A stretch of DNA of 64,000 nt from Arenicellales bacterium (GTDB lineage Bacteria; Pseudomonadota; Gammaproteobacteria; Arenicellales; JAJDZL01), in contig CBDAUA010000001.1 in the NCBI GenBank assembly GCA_965200425.1, forward strand, positions 194,215 to 258,214, given 5' to 3'. The notes under the pieces are model-generated. The model saw nothing but the letters and a program-made list of their open reading frames with translations, was not told the origin of the DNA and did not search any database. Positions 28,472 through 37,250 of this stretch are shown here, piece after piece (positions within the stretch are counted from its first letter, which is position 1; each line of letters starts with the position of its first letter). A program made the translations under genes and the position numbers.

Positions 28472-28676
28472 TTACTGATAGAACTTTAGTCGAAAAAACT
28501 AGGTTTGGATATGTAATCGCACCAATTTCCTTTTGAAAATCGAGTAAAGTCGTGCATTTTGAAGAATCATCGTTAGGTACGATTGTGGATCGAACAACAC
28601 CAAGATTCTCATTTGATACGATTGTTTGTTTAACTTAAATTGAAAAAAGGTTTCTTTGATAAGCAACAAGTGAACA

Positions 28677-29654
28677 ATGATAGAAGTTATATCTGTCGGC
28701 AATAACACTTTTTACAACTGTGATTGTGTTACAGGGTCACAAAGTTATCTTGCATCTGCAAGTATTGATTTAATGATTTGTGATCCACCTTACGGTATTC
28801 GAGGTGATTGTTTAGAGCAACATTACAATCGAAAAGAGAAATACGTACTCGATGGATATGTCGAAGTTCCACAAGATCAATATCCTCAATTTTCAATCGA
28901 CTGGATTCTAGAAGCTGAACGTGTTCTTAGACCTGGTGGCTCCATTTACATCATTTCTGGCTATTCAAACTTGATCCACGTTCTCAATGCATTACAAAAG
29001 ACAAAATTAGTTGAAGTCAACCACATCATTTGGAAATACAACTTCGGTGTCTATACAAAAAAAAAGTATGTAAGTTCTCACTACCATATTCTTTTTTGTC
29101 GAAAACCAGGCTCCAAACATACGTTCAACACTTTTGCCAGATATTCGGATTGGGAAAAATCCGAGGCTGGTCGATCGCTCAATTATCGTGATCGAGAAGA
29201 TGTCTGGACAATCAATCGCAAGTACAAACCGGGTCAACGAAAAAATAAAAATGAATTACCCGAAGAATTGATAATCAAATTGATTCAGTACTCGAGTCAT
29301 GAACAGGATGTTGTATGTGACTTTTTTCTTGGTAGCTTTTCAACCGCCAAAGTTGCCATCGGTTTGAATCGAAAAACTACAGGGTTTGAATTAAACCAAA
29401 CCGCATTCAAACATCAAATCAAACAGATTAAAAAGCTAACTCCCGGGTATATATTGGATCAGCTTCCACAGCCCAAGAAGAACCGATACTTTAACCAAGG
29501 AAAACCTATTACTCAAACCGAAATAGAGTCAATAACCGCTCGCTTTCAAGAACTTCAAAGTGATGGACACACCAAGAAAATCGCAATCGAACGGTTGTCG
29601 GATGAGTACGGAAGAGGATATTGGTCTTTACGTAAAATTATTAATTCTAAGTAA
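28677..29654 (+). CDS. Beta-class N6-adenine/N4-cytosine DNA methyltransferase (N6_N4_Mtase type), apparently orphan
   Basis: 325 aa. Catalytic DPPY (ICDPPYGI) is N-terminal and a motif I-like VCDFFLGSFST is C-terminal, which is the beta-class order. No endonuclease-like ORF lies on either side. Visibly AT-rich. Confidence 0.8.
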   Translation: MIEVISVGNNTFYNCDCVTGSQSYLASASIDLMICDPPYGIRGDCLEQHYNRKEKYVLDGYVEVPQDQYPQFSIDWILEAERVLRPGGSIYIISGYSNLIHVLNALQKTKLVEVNHIIWKYNFGVYTKKKYVSSHYHILFCRKPGSKHTFNTFARYSDWEKSEAGRSLNYRDREDVWTINRKYKPGQRKNKNELPEELIIKLIQYSSHEQDVVCDFFLGSFSTAKVAIGLNRKTTGFELNQTAFKHQIKQIKKLTPGYILDQLPQPKKNRYFNQGKPITQTEIESITARFQELQSDGHTKKIAIERLSDEYGRGYWSLRKIINSK

Positions 29655-29888
29655 AGACCTAGTTGAAAGTCGAATTGAAACTAGCAGAATAAGCCCATGA
29701 AAGATGCGCTTGCACAGTGATATTTATTCGAATGAAGTCGTCAAAAATCTTTCTTTGGAAATTCCAAAAAGGGAATGGGTTCTTGTTCATCAATTTTTCG
29801 CAATTTGACTAGGAGTACAGCTGAAAAAGATATACTTTAAGTTTGGCTCTTAATTGGGCACAATGAAATTTTCCATGTCTTATTTTTA

Positions 29889-30491
29889 ATGAAGAACATG
29901 AAACACTCAACTTTCACTAGCTGGGAAACCGAATGCGATGACAAGCTAGAAACATTCAATCGTTTTTCAAACGACGATATTCAAATCGCCGAATTAGATG
30001 CTGCAATCGATTGTTCTAATGTATCAGGGATCGCCGCAGTCACAATTGGTTCCAACAGAGAACAGAATTCAAAGGTGTTGATTTTCGGCACTATTTTTCT
30101 AACTATAGTTTTGGCTACGATAGGTATAATGTCTGCAATTCTTGGAGCATGGTTGATTTTGCCTTTTGCGGGATTGGAAATATTGTTGCTTGGTACCTGC
30201 GTATTGATCGTTAACGCAAAGAACCGAGATTCTGACCGTCTTGCTATAAGCGACAAATATGTTCATTTAACCCGAGTACGCCGCTCAAATCGAACTGTGA
30301 ATTCGTTTATTCGACAATGGACTCGCGTTAAATTGCAAAATGGTAAAACCAAACACGAGCGCTTAAGGTTACTAGTTGGCAGTCATGGTCAATACAGGGA
30401 AATTGGACACAATTTAGTCGATTCCTCAAAACGGCGTGTACACAGAAAATTAACAAGATGGATAAGTAATGATTTATCGAGCGACACTTGA
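29889..30491 (+). CDS. DUF2244-like integral membrane protein associated with cytochrome oxidase clusters
   Basis: 200 aa. Two adjacent TM helices, then a basic soluble tail (RLRLLVGSHGQYREIGHNL). Sits immediately upstream of coxB, as in many proteobacteria. Has a ~65-aa N-terminal extension. Confidence 0.55.
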   Translation: MKNMKHSTFTSWETECDDKLETFNRFSNDDIQIAELDAAIDCSNVSGIAAVTIGSNREQNSKVLIFGTIFLTIVLATIGIMSAILGAWLILPFAGLEILLLGTCVLIVNAKNRDSDRLAISDKYVHLTRVRRSNRTVNSFIRQWTRVKLQNGKTKHERLRLLVGSHGQYREIGHNLVDSSKRRVHRKLTRWISNDLSSDT

Positions 30492-30515
30492 ACTAGCGTA
30501 CGGGAGACTGTGTTG

Positions 30516-31637
30516 ATGCGAAATATAGTACAGAAAATGGTTCAAATCATGACGACCATTGCGATTACGCTAGTACCGCTGCAAACTTTTGCGGAGTGGG
30601 GTTTTAATTTACCAGCACCCGCATCGCCAGTTGCAAGTCGAATTTTGGATTTACACAATGCGATTATGTTGGTATGTTTGGTCATTTTTGTGGGCGTTTT
30701 TGGTGTCATGTTCTACTCGCTTTACGCTCACCGAAAGAGCAAAGGACATGAAGCACATCAATTCAGCCATAATTCGAAATTGGAAGTCGTTTGGACAATT
30801 ATCCCGACATTGATCCTAATCGGAATGGCAATTCCATCCACTTCAGCCTTACTTTTCATGGAAGATACTACCGAATCTGACCTGACGATAAAGATTACTG
30901 GGTATCAATGGAAGTGGGAATATGAATATTTGGACCACGACATCGGATTCTTTAGTAACTTGTCAACACCTCGTGCTCAGATTGAAAATCGTGAACCAAA
31001 GGGTGAATTCTATCTATTAGAAGTTGACGAACCACTCGTACTACCTGCAGAACGAAAAGTACGGTTTTTGTTGACTTCGAATGATGTCATTCACGCCTGG
31101 TGGGTCCCAGAAATAGGTGGGAAAAAAGATGCTATTCCAGGTTATGTGAACGAGTTCTGGACATATGTCAACGAGCCAGGCACCTTTCGAGGTCAATGTG
31201 CTGAACTTTGTGGCAAGGACCATGGTTACATGCCAATAGTTACCGAGGTGTTGTCACCCGATGAATTTGACAACTGGGTCGCGGAGCAACAAGAAATGCA
31301 GGTTACAGCTGTGGACGACGAAAGTCGAACCTGGGCAATGGATGAGCTAATGGCTAGAGGTGAAGAAGTTTATAGTCAGTGTATCGCATGTCATGGTGAT
31401 CAAGGACAAGGCGTGCTTCCGACTTTTCCACCACTTACGGATTCTCCAATTACGACCGGTCCGATTGAGGAACACATTGACATCGTTATGAATGGCAAGC
31501 CCAACACGACTATGGTCGCATTTAAGGAACAATTGAGCGATACTGAAATTGCTGCAGTGATCACGTTCGAACGTAATGCTCTTGGCAATAGCGTGGGTGA
31601 TATAGTTCAACCCGCTGAAATCAAAGCAAAACGCTAA
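30516..31637 (+). CDS. coxB: Cytochrome c oxidase subunit II with C-terminal cytochrome c domain
   Basis: CuA motif CAELCGKDHGYM and heme c motif CIACHG. ATG at 30516 follows a GGGAGA RBS (GTG and TTG further upstream are also in frame). Confidence 0.9.
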   Translation: MRNIVQKMVQIMTTIAITLVPLQTFAEWGFNLPAPASPVASRILDLHNAIMLVCLVIFVGVFGVMFYSLYAHRKSKGHEAHQFSHNSKLEVVWTIIPTLILIGMAIPSTSALLFMEDTTESDLTIKITGYQWKWEYEYLDHDIGFFSNLSTPRAQIENREPKGEFYLLEVDEPLVLPAERKVRFLLTSNDVIHAWWVPEIGGKKDAIPGYVNEFWTYVNEPGTFRGQCAELCGKDHGYMPIVTEVLSPDEFDNWVAEQQEMQVTAVDDESRTWAMDELMARGEEVYSQCIACHGDQGQGVLPTFPPLTDSPITTGPIEEHIDIVMNGKPNTTMVAFKEQLSDTEIAAVITFERNALGNSVGDIVQPAEIKAKR

Positions 31638-31692
31638 ACAATTTGAATTCGTTAACGATTATTTGAAAAACGAGAATTTAGGGGTACCGAAA

Positions 31693-33276
31693 ATGGCAAC
31701 TGCACACTCTGAAGCTCACGATCATCATCACGACCACAGACCATCAGGCATCATGCGTTGGTTGACGACGACCAACCATAAAGACATCGGAACGATGTAC
31801 TTGTTATTTTCGCTGACTATGTTCTTTGTTGGTGGAATTATGGCATTGGCTATTCGGGCTGAACTTTTCCAACCTGGACTACAAGTCGTAAACCCGGAAC
31901 TGTTCAACTCTCTGACTACGATGCACGCGCTGATTATGATCTTCGGTGCCATTATGCCTGGCTTTGTAGGTTTCGCAAACTGGTTGATTCCTATGATGAT
32001 TGGTGCGCCGGACATGGCACTTCCGAGACTGAATAATTGGAGTTTTTGGATTCTACCGTTTGCATTTACGCTTTTGCTAGGTAGTCTATTTTCTGTAGGG
32101 GGTGGCCCTGCTTCCGGTTGGACCTTGTATGCACCACTATCCATTCAAGGCGGTATCGGCGTAGACATGACGATATTATCGATCCACATGATGGGTATTT
32201 CGTCAGTTTTGGGAGCAATAAATATCGTTGTTACTGTTATGAATATGCGCGCTCCTGGAATGGATCTAATGAAAATGCCGTTATTTGTTTGGACTTGGGT
32301 AATTACAGCGTTCCTGTTAATTGCAGCCATGCCAGTATTAGCAGGTGCAGTGACGATGCTATTGACCGACCGTCATTTTGGAACCGCATTTTTCGATCCT
32401 GCAGGTGGCGGAGATCCAGTGATGTTTCAACACATTTTCTGGTTTTTTGGACACCCTGAAGTCTACATTCTGATTCTCCCTGCGTTTGGAATTATTTCTG
32501 CAATAATTCCGACATTTTCGCGAAAGCCTCTGTTTGGTTACGATTCTATGGTTTTCGCAACAACTGGAATCGCTTTTCTGTCCTTCATCGTGTGGGCGCA
32601 CCACATGTTTACAGTCGGCATGCCGTTGAAAGGCGAATTGTATTTTATGTATGCGACTATGCTGATAGCAGTGCCAACGGGAGTAAAAGTCTTTAATTGG
32701 GTTGCAACAATGTGGCGCGGGTCACTTACTTTCGAGACACCAATGCTATTTGCAATAGCTGTCGTATTCCTATTTACAATCGGTGGATTGTCAGGCCTAA
32801 TGCTAGCAATCGTACCAGCAGATTTTCAGTATCACGATACCTATTTCGTCGTAGCCCACTTCCATTACGTGCTCTTTTCTGGCTCTATCATGGCGATGAT
32901 GGGTGGCGCTTACTATTGGTTACCCAAGTGGACAGGTCGCATGTATTCCGAAAGACTCGGAAAAACACATTTTTGGCTAACAACTATTTTCTTCAATGTT
33001 ACATTCTTTCCGCAACACTTTTTAGGATTGGCTGGAATGCCACGACGTATTCCTGACTATGCTCCCCAGTTTTTTGAATTCAACTTTATCTCAAGTGTGG
33101 GAGCATTTGGACTAGGTGCTGCACAACTTATCTTGGTTTATATAGTGATTCAGTGCTTTCGAGGTAAAGCCGAAAAAGCAACTGATAAAGTTTGGGAAGG
33201 AGCTGAAGGGCTTGAATGGACTGTGGCTTCGCCCCCACCTTATCACACATTTTCAACACCCCCGACCGTAAAGTAA
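31693..33276 (+). CDS. coxA: Cytochrome c oxidase subunit I
   Basis: WFFGHPEVYILILPAFG, VWAHHMF and 12-TM hydrophobicity. ATG at 31693 follows AGGGG (the track ORF begins at an upstream TTG). Confidence 0.95.
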   Translation: MATAHSEAHDHHHDHRPSGIMRWLTTTNHKDIGTMYLLFSLTMFFVGGIMALAIRAELFQPGLQVVNPELFNSLTTMHALIMIFGAIMPGFVGFANWLIPMMIGAPDMALPRLNNWSFWILPFAFTLLLGSLFSVGGGPASGWTLYAPLSIQGGIGVDMTILSIHMMGISSVLGAINIVVTVMNMRAPGMDLMKMPLFVWTWVITAFLLIAAMPVLAGAVTMLLTDRHFGTAFFDPAGGGDPVMFQHIFWFFGHPEVYILILPAFGIISAIIPTFSRKPLFGYDSMVFATTGIAFLSFIVWAHHMFTVGMPLKGELYFMYATMLIAVPTGVKVFNWVATMWRGSLTFETPMLFAIAVVFLFTIGGLSGLMLAIVPADFQYHDTYFVVAHFHYVLFSGSIMAMMGGAYYWLPKWTGRMYSERLGKTHFWLTTIFFNVTFFPQHFLGLAGMPRRIPDYAPQFFEFNFISSVGAFGLGAAQLILVYIVIQCFRGKAEKATDKVWEGAEGLEWTVASPPPYHTFSTPPTVK

Positions 33277-33294
33277 GGGTTTGAAATAAGTGTT

Positions 33295-33396
33295 ATGAGG
33301 CAACGTGACAAAAAAAATATACGACTCGCGGCAATTCTAGGTTCTGTTGCATTCGTGTTTTTTGTTTTGATTATTGTCGATCAATCAATGGTTTGA
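33295..33396 (+). CDS. Small single-TM protein (33 aa), candidate cytochrome oxidase small assembly protein
   Basis: ATG..TGA ORF below the 60-aa track cutoff: MRQRDKKNIRLAAILGSVAFVFFVLIIVDQSMV. Basic N-terminus plus one TM helix. It fills the coxA-cox11 gap, where a similar mini-ORF is annotated in other proteobacteria. Confidence 0.5.
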   Translation: MRQRDKKNIRLAAILGSVAFVFFVLIIVDQSMV

Positions 33397-33400
33397 ATCA

Positions 33401-33961
33401 ATGACAATGGATGCTAAGAAAAAAAGATCAAATAGACGAACAGTCATTGCCTTAACCGTAGTAGTGTTTTCTATGTTCGGTTTTGGTTATGCACTTGTTC
33501 CTTTATACGACCTTTTCTGTGAAATTACTGGGATTGGCGGCAATCCAACCACCGTAGCCTCGTTGCAGATGGACGCGGATGCAGTCTCAGTCGACCCTAA
33601 TCGAGAATTGACAGTCGAATTTATCGGTACGTCAAACAATGGCTTGCCATTAAGTATTGAACCCATAGTAACAAAAACGAAGGTAAGCCCAGGTCAAGTT
33701 CACGAAGTTCATTACACTATACAGAACGCGTCCAACCGTGATTACTACGTCCAAGCAATTCCCAGCGTGTCGCCAATTCAGGCTGCGCGATATTTTGTGA
33801 AATTAGAATGCTTCTGTTTTGAAAATCAGAAGTTAGTCGCGGGTGAATCGGCTGAATTGCCGGTTCGATTTTATGTCGATACGAAAGCACCCAATGACAT
33901 CAAAACTGTAACTTTGTCATACAGCTTTTTTGAAGTTGATAAACCCGAAAACTTTGGTTAA
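33401..33961 (+). CDS. ctaG: Cytochrome c oxidase assembly protein Cox11/CtaG
   Basis: N-terminal TM anchor and the copper-binding CFCF motif (KLECFCFENQ). ATG at 33401 lies just after the mini-ORF stop. Confidence 0.9.
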   Translation: MTMDAKKKRSNRRTVIALTVVVFSMFGFGYALVPLYDLFCEITGIGGNPTTVASLQMDADAVSVDPNRELTVEFIGTSNNGLPLSIEPIVTKTKVSPGQVHEVHYTIQNASNRDYYVQAIPSVSPIQAARYFVKLECFCFENQKLVAGESAELPVRFYVDTKAPNDIKTVTLSYSFFEVDKPENFG

Positions 33962-33996
33962 CCGAACAATAAATGAGTAAAGAATAGAGGATTAAC

Positions 33997-34872
33997 ATGA
34001 GCGCATCGAACGGCGATTATTATCTTCCCGACCCGAGTCCGTGGCCAATTGTAGCGTCAATCGGGCTGTTTACTTTAGCGGGCGGATTTGTCATGTTTAT
34101 GAATAATGTCAACATGGCTCCCATCGTCATGATTATTGGTGGTTTGATCATTGCGTTTATGATGTTCGGTTGGTTCGGTGTAGTCGTCAAAGAAAGTGAG
34201 GCTGGTAATTACAACGCTCGTGTTGACGTCTCATTTCGCATGAGCATGCTCTGGTTTATCTTTTCGGAGGTCATGTTTTTTGCCGGATTTTTTGGTGCTC
34301 TTTTCTATAGTAGAACTCTTTCGGTTCCTTGGTTGGCAGAAACGGATATCCTATGGATGGGATATGACGGTGGATGGCCGACTGCAGGCCCAATGGGACC
34401 GGAGCTTATTGCAGCCGATACTCCTGTACAACCAGGTCAATTTTCAACCATCGGTGCTTGGGGAATTCCGGTTTGGAATACCATAATCCTGCTAACCTCC
34501 AGCGTTACGATCACGATTGCACATTGGGCGCTAAAGAAAAATCAACGGACATCCTTAAATATTTGGTTGTTTATTACAGTCGTACTTGGATTTGTCTTTC
34601 TCTATCTTCAAGCGTCAGAATACATCCACGCTTACTCCGATCTAGGGCTGACTCTTGGAACTGGAGTCTATGGTGCTACGTTCTTTTTGCTAACCGGATT
34701 TCACGGCTTGCACGTGACTATAGGCGCAATCATATTGACGGTTATATTGGTACGGTGTCTCCGCAATCACTTCAAACCTGATCACCATTTCGGTTTTGAA
34801 GCCGCTGCCTGGTATTGGCACTTTGTGGATACAGTTTGGGTGGGGTTGTTTATATTCGTCTACGTTGTCTAA
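33997..34872 (+). CDS. coxC: Cytochrome c oxidase subunit III
   Basis: 291 aa, 7-TM pattern. Ends with the typical WYWHFVDTVW segment. Confidence 0.9.
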   Translation: MSASNGDYYLPDPSPWPIVASIGLFTLAGGFVMFMNNVNMAPIVMIIGGLIIAFMMFGWFGVVVKESEAGNYNARVDVSFRMSMLWFIFSEVMFFAGFFGALFYSRTLSVPWLAETDILWMGYDGGWPTAGPMGPELIAADTPVQPGQFSTIGAWGIPVWNTIILLTSSVTITIAHWALKKNQRTSLNIWLFITVVLGFVFLYLQASEYIHAYSDLGLTLGTGVYGATFFLLTGFHGLHVTIGAIILTVILVRCLRNHFKPDHHFGFEAAAWYWHFVDTVWVGLFIFVYVV

Positions 34873-34905
34873 TCGGCTTTAGATGTAGGTTTTTGGGCAG
34901 AAACG

Positions 34906-35130
34906 CTATTGTGACGGCATAGGAATTGTATTGCTAGGTACAATCCAACCCGTGTAAATTCCGCCCAGAATAATCCCAAGTAACAAAACCCAAATCGCAA
35001 TTCGGACTGTAAGAGCTTTTACTGTTCGATCGCTTCGGCCTCGATCTTTGATCATGTACCAAAACGCCGATCCCAAGCTGCCAATCATCAGCAACAGAAA
35101 AAAAACAATGATAATTTTGTCAAGTGACAT
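34906..35130 (-). CDS. Twin-transmembrane-helix small protein (DUF2909/HIG1-like)
   Basis: 74 aa with two TM helices separated by the basic loop KDRGRSDRTVKAL. Opposite-strand position between coxC and surf1, as I recall for Pseudomonas-type cox clusters. Confidence 0.7.
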   Translation of the reverse strand: MSLDKIIIVFFLLLMIGSLGSAFWYMIKDRGRSDRTVKALTVRIAIWVLLLGIILGGIYTGWIVPSNTIPMPSQ

Positions 35131-35434
35131 AGCTATCAGATCCCGGTGTCCACAGAGTTCATTGTACCAGTGATTTATTTTGAAAGAGTTTGTGGCATCA
35201 ACAACTCGGCTTTTACTTAATGTTTAGCTAAGCTCAATTTGTAGATGAGCTATATTCGATATGCGTCCATAGCTATTCAAATACAACCCGTTTTTAAGCC
35301 GACCGACTAAACTTTGAGACTATATGGAAATTCACTCTAATGCGCACTTTGAAGAGACAATCGAGCAGAACTAGCAGATCAGATTGCTACAGTATCTGCC
35401 TGTAGAATTACTCTTGACGACTACAAACACTACG

Positions 35435-36169
35435 ATGAAAGTTCATTTTCGTCCTCGTCTTATCCCTACCATTTGTACATTAATCCTTGCGCCACTGCTG
35501 GGTTCACTTGGCTTTTGGCAGCTGGATCGCGCCAAAGAGAAAACTGAAATTCAAAACCGATATTTAAGTCGATTTTCAGAACCACCAATCCAGATTACGT
35601 CCAGTGAATCAAGTGTAGAGGACATCGAATTTCATATGGTTACCGTCACCGGTTCATGGGATGATACTCATCAATTCCTTTTGGATAATCGAGTGCTCAA
35701 CGGTCGTGCCGGTTATTTCGTCTTTGCTCCTGTCATATTGCAAGATGGGAAAACTGCCGTACTAGTCAATCGAGGATGGATTTTAGCTTCAGCCGATCGC
35801 TCTAAGTTACCTGAGTTGCAACGAATTGAAGGTGAAACGACTGTAACAGGAACCGCAGTGATTCCACCTGAAGATGTATTTCAGCTCAAGGACCAACAAC
35901 CCATTGGGGAAACTTGGGAGACCGTGTGGCAAGTATTGGACATAAAACGTTTTAATAAAACTGTTCCTTATGCAACTTTGAACTTTATTGTCCAGATGAA
36001 TCCTGATCATCCGGAAGGTTTCGAACGCCAATGGAGCCTACCCAATGATGAGTGGATTTTAAGGCATAAAGGCTATGCTTTTCAATGGTTTGCACTCTGT
36101 GCAGCATTGCTTGTGATATACTGCCTCTTTACCTTTCGACCATCTCAAGGCTCAAACTCTGAACCATAA
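35435..36169 (+). CDS. SURF1 family cytochrome oxidase biogenesis protein
   Basis: ATG at 35435 (MKVHFRPRLIPT...). N-terminal TM plus GFWQLDRAKEK, VNRGW, and a C-terminal TM preceded by HKGYAFQWF. Confidence 0.85.
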   Translation: MKVHFRPRLIPTICTLILAPLLGSLGFWQLDRAKEKTEIQNRYLSRFSEPPIQITSSESSVEDIEFHMVTVTGSWDDTHQFLLDNRVLNGRAGYFVFAPVILQDGKTAVLVNRGWILASADRSKLPELQRIEGETTVTGTAVIPPEDVFQLKDQQPIGETWETVWQVLDIKRFNKTVPYATLNFIVQMNPDHPEGFERQWSLPNDEWILRHKGYAFQWFALCAALLVIYCLFTFRPSQGSNSEP

Positions 36170-36295
36170 TTTGACCAGCAATCGGATTCCACTAATCGAA
36201 TCTGACAAGTTCTAAATTGCCTTGTACAATACTCAGAATCTATAAGTCTGAGCATTTTATTTTCGTCGCAAACATTGGTCATGAGTAGTCGTTGA

Positions 36296-37219
36296 ATGAA
36301 TTCTGAATTCTCTACCCAAGCTCGACAGACTCAAGTCTATCCCGCCCGAGCGACGTTGCATGATTATTTTCGCATAACCAAGCCTCGCGTCGTTGCATTG
36401 ATTATGTTTACGGCGATTGTAGGCATGTTTTTGGCTAAGAAACAGCTACCTAATCTAGTTACTTTTCTGCTAGCGACTTTGGGCATCGGCTTAGCTGCTG
36501 CATCCGGTGCTGCAGTCAATCATATTCTCGACGAAGACAAAGATTCATTGATGGTGCGAACTCGAAATCGTCCACTCGCGTCTGGTCGAATAGAATCTGT
36601 ACCAGCATTAGTCTTCGCTTGTACATTAGCAATTTTGGCGATGTTGGTTCTTACGATTGGCGTAAACCCACTCACCGCAGTGCTTACTTTCGCTTCTTTG
36701 ATTGGGTACGCTGTCATTTACACAATATTTTTGAAACACGCCACACCTCAAAACATAGTGATCGGTGGTGCTGCAGGAGCAATGCCCCCCGTACTGGGTT
36801 GGACAGCTATGACGGGCGTACTTGATCCAAACGCTTTTCTTTTGTTTTTGATCATTTTTTGCTGGACACCTCCTCATTTTTGGGCACTAGCTCTTTACCG
36901 AGCCCGGGACTATGAAAATGCGGAAATTCCAATGCTCCCCGTTACTCACGGGCGCAAGTTTACCCGTTTACACATTCTATTGTATTCCATCCTACTCGCT
37001 GCTGTTTCTGTCATGCCATTTGCTGTTGGAATGTTTGGCGTTTTTTATCTCGCTTCAGCGATTGCGCTAAATGGTGTCTTTATGAGACTGGCAATTCGAC
37101 TTTATGTCAACTACAGCGATAAACTCTCGCGAAAAATGTTTCGATTTTCAATCCAATATTTGTCGCTTTTGTTTGCCGCAATGTTGATTGATCACTATTT
37201 GTTCATATTTACGCTTTAG
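36296..37219 (+). CDS. cyoE: Protoheme IX farnesyltransferase (heme O synthase)
   Basis: 307 aa UbiA-fold protein. DEDKDSLMVRTRNRPLASG matches the family's NxxxDxxxD and RT..RP motifs. Terminal position in the cox cluster. Confidence 0.9.
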   Translation: MNSEFSTQARQTQVYPARATLHDYFRITKPRVVALIMFTAIVGMFLAKKQLPNLVTFLLATLGIGLAAASGAAVNHILDEDKDSLMVRTRNRPLASGRIESVPALVFACTLAILAMLVLTIGVNPLTAVLTFASLIGYAVIYTIFLKHATPQNIVIGGAAGAMPPVLGWTAMTGVLDPNAFLLFLIIFCWTPPHFWALALYRARDYENAEIPMLPVTHGRKFTRLHILLYSILLAAVSVMPFAVGMFGVFYLASAIALNGVFMRLAIRLYVNYSDKLSRKMFRFSIQYLSLLFAAMLIDHYLFIFTL

Positions 37220-37250
37220 CCGAATACACCAAGATTCAGACGATTCATCG

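Noticed and set aside
28499-28708. 69-aa minus-strand ORF between the kinase-like gene and the methyltransferase, considered as a small controller protein or endonuclease
   Set aside because: It overlaps the methyltransferase start, is low-complexity and AT-driven, has no HTH-like segment and is far too small for an endonuclease.
31728-32144. 138-aa minus-strand ORF inside coxA, plus other ORFs overlapping coxA/coxB/coxC (for example 32118-32459, 32697-33056, 34374-34781)
   Set aside because: They overlap highly conserved oxidase subunit genes in alternative frames or strands and have no independent support.
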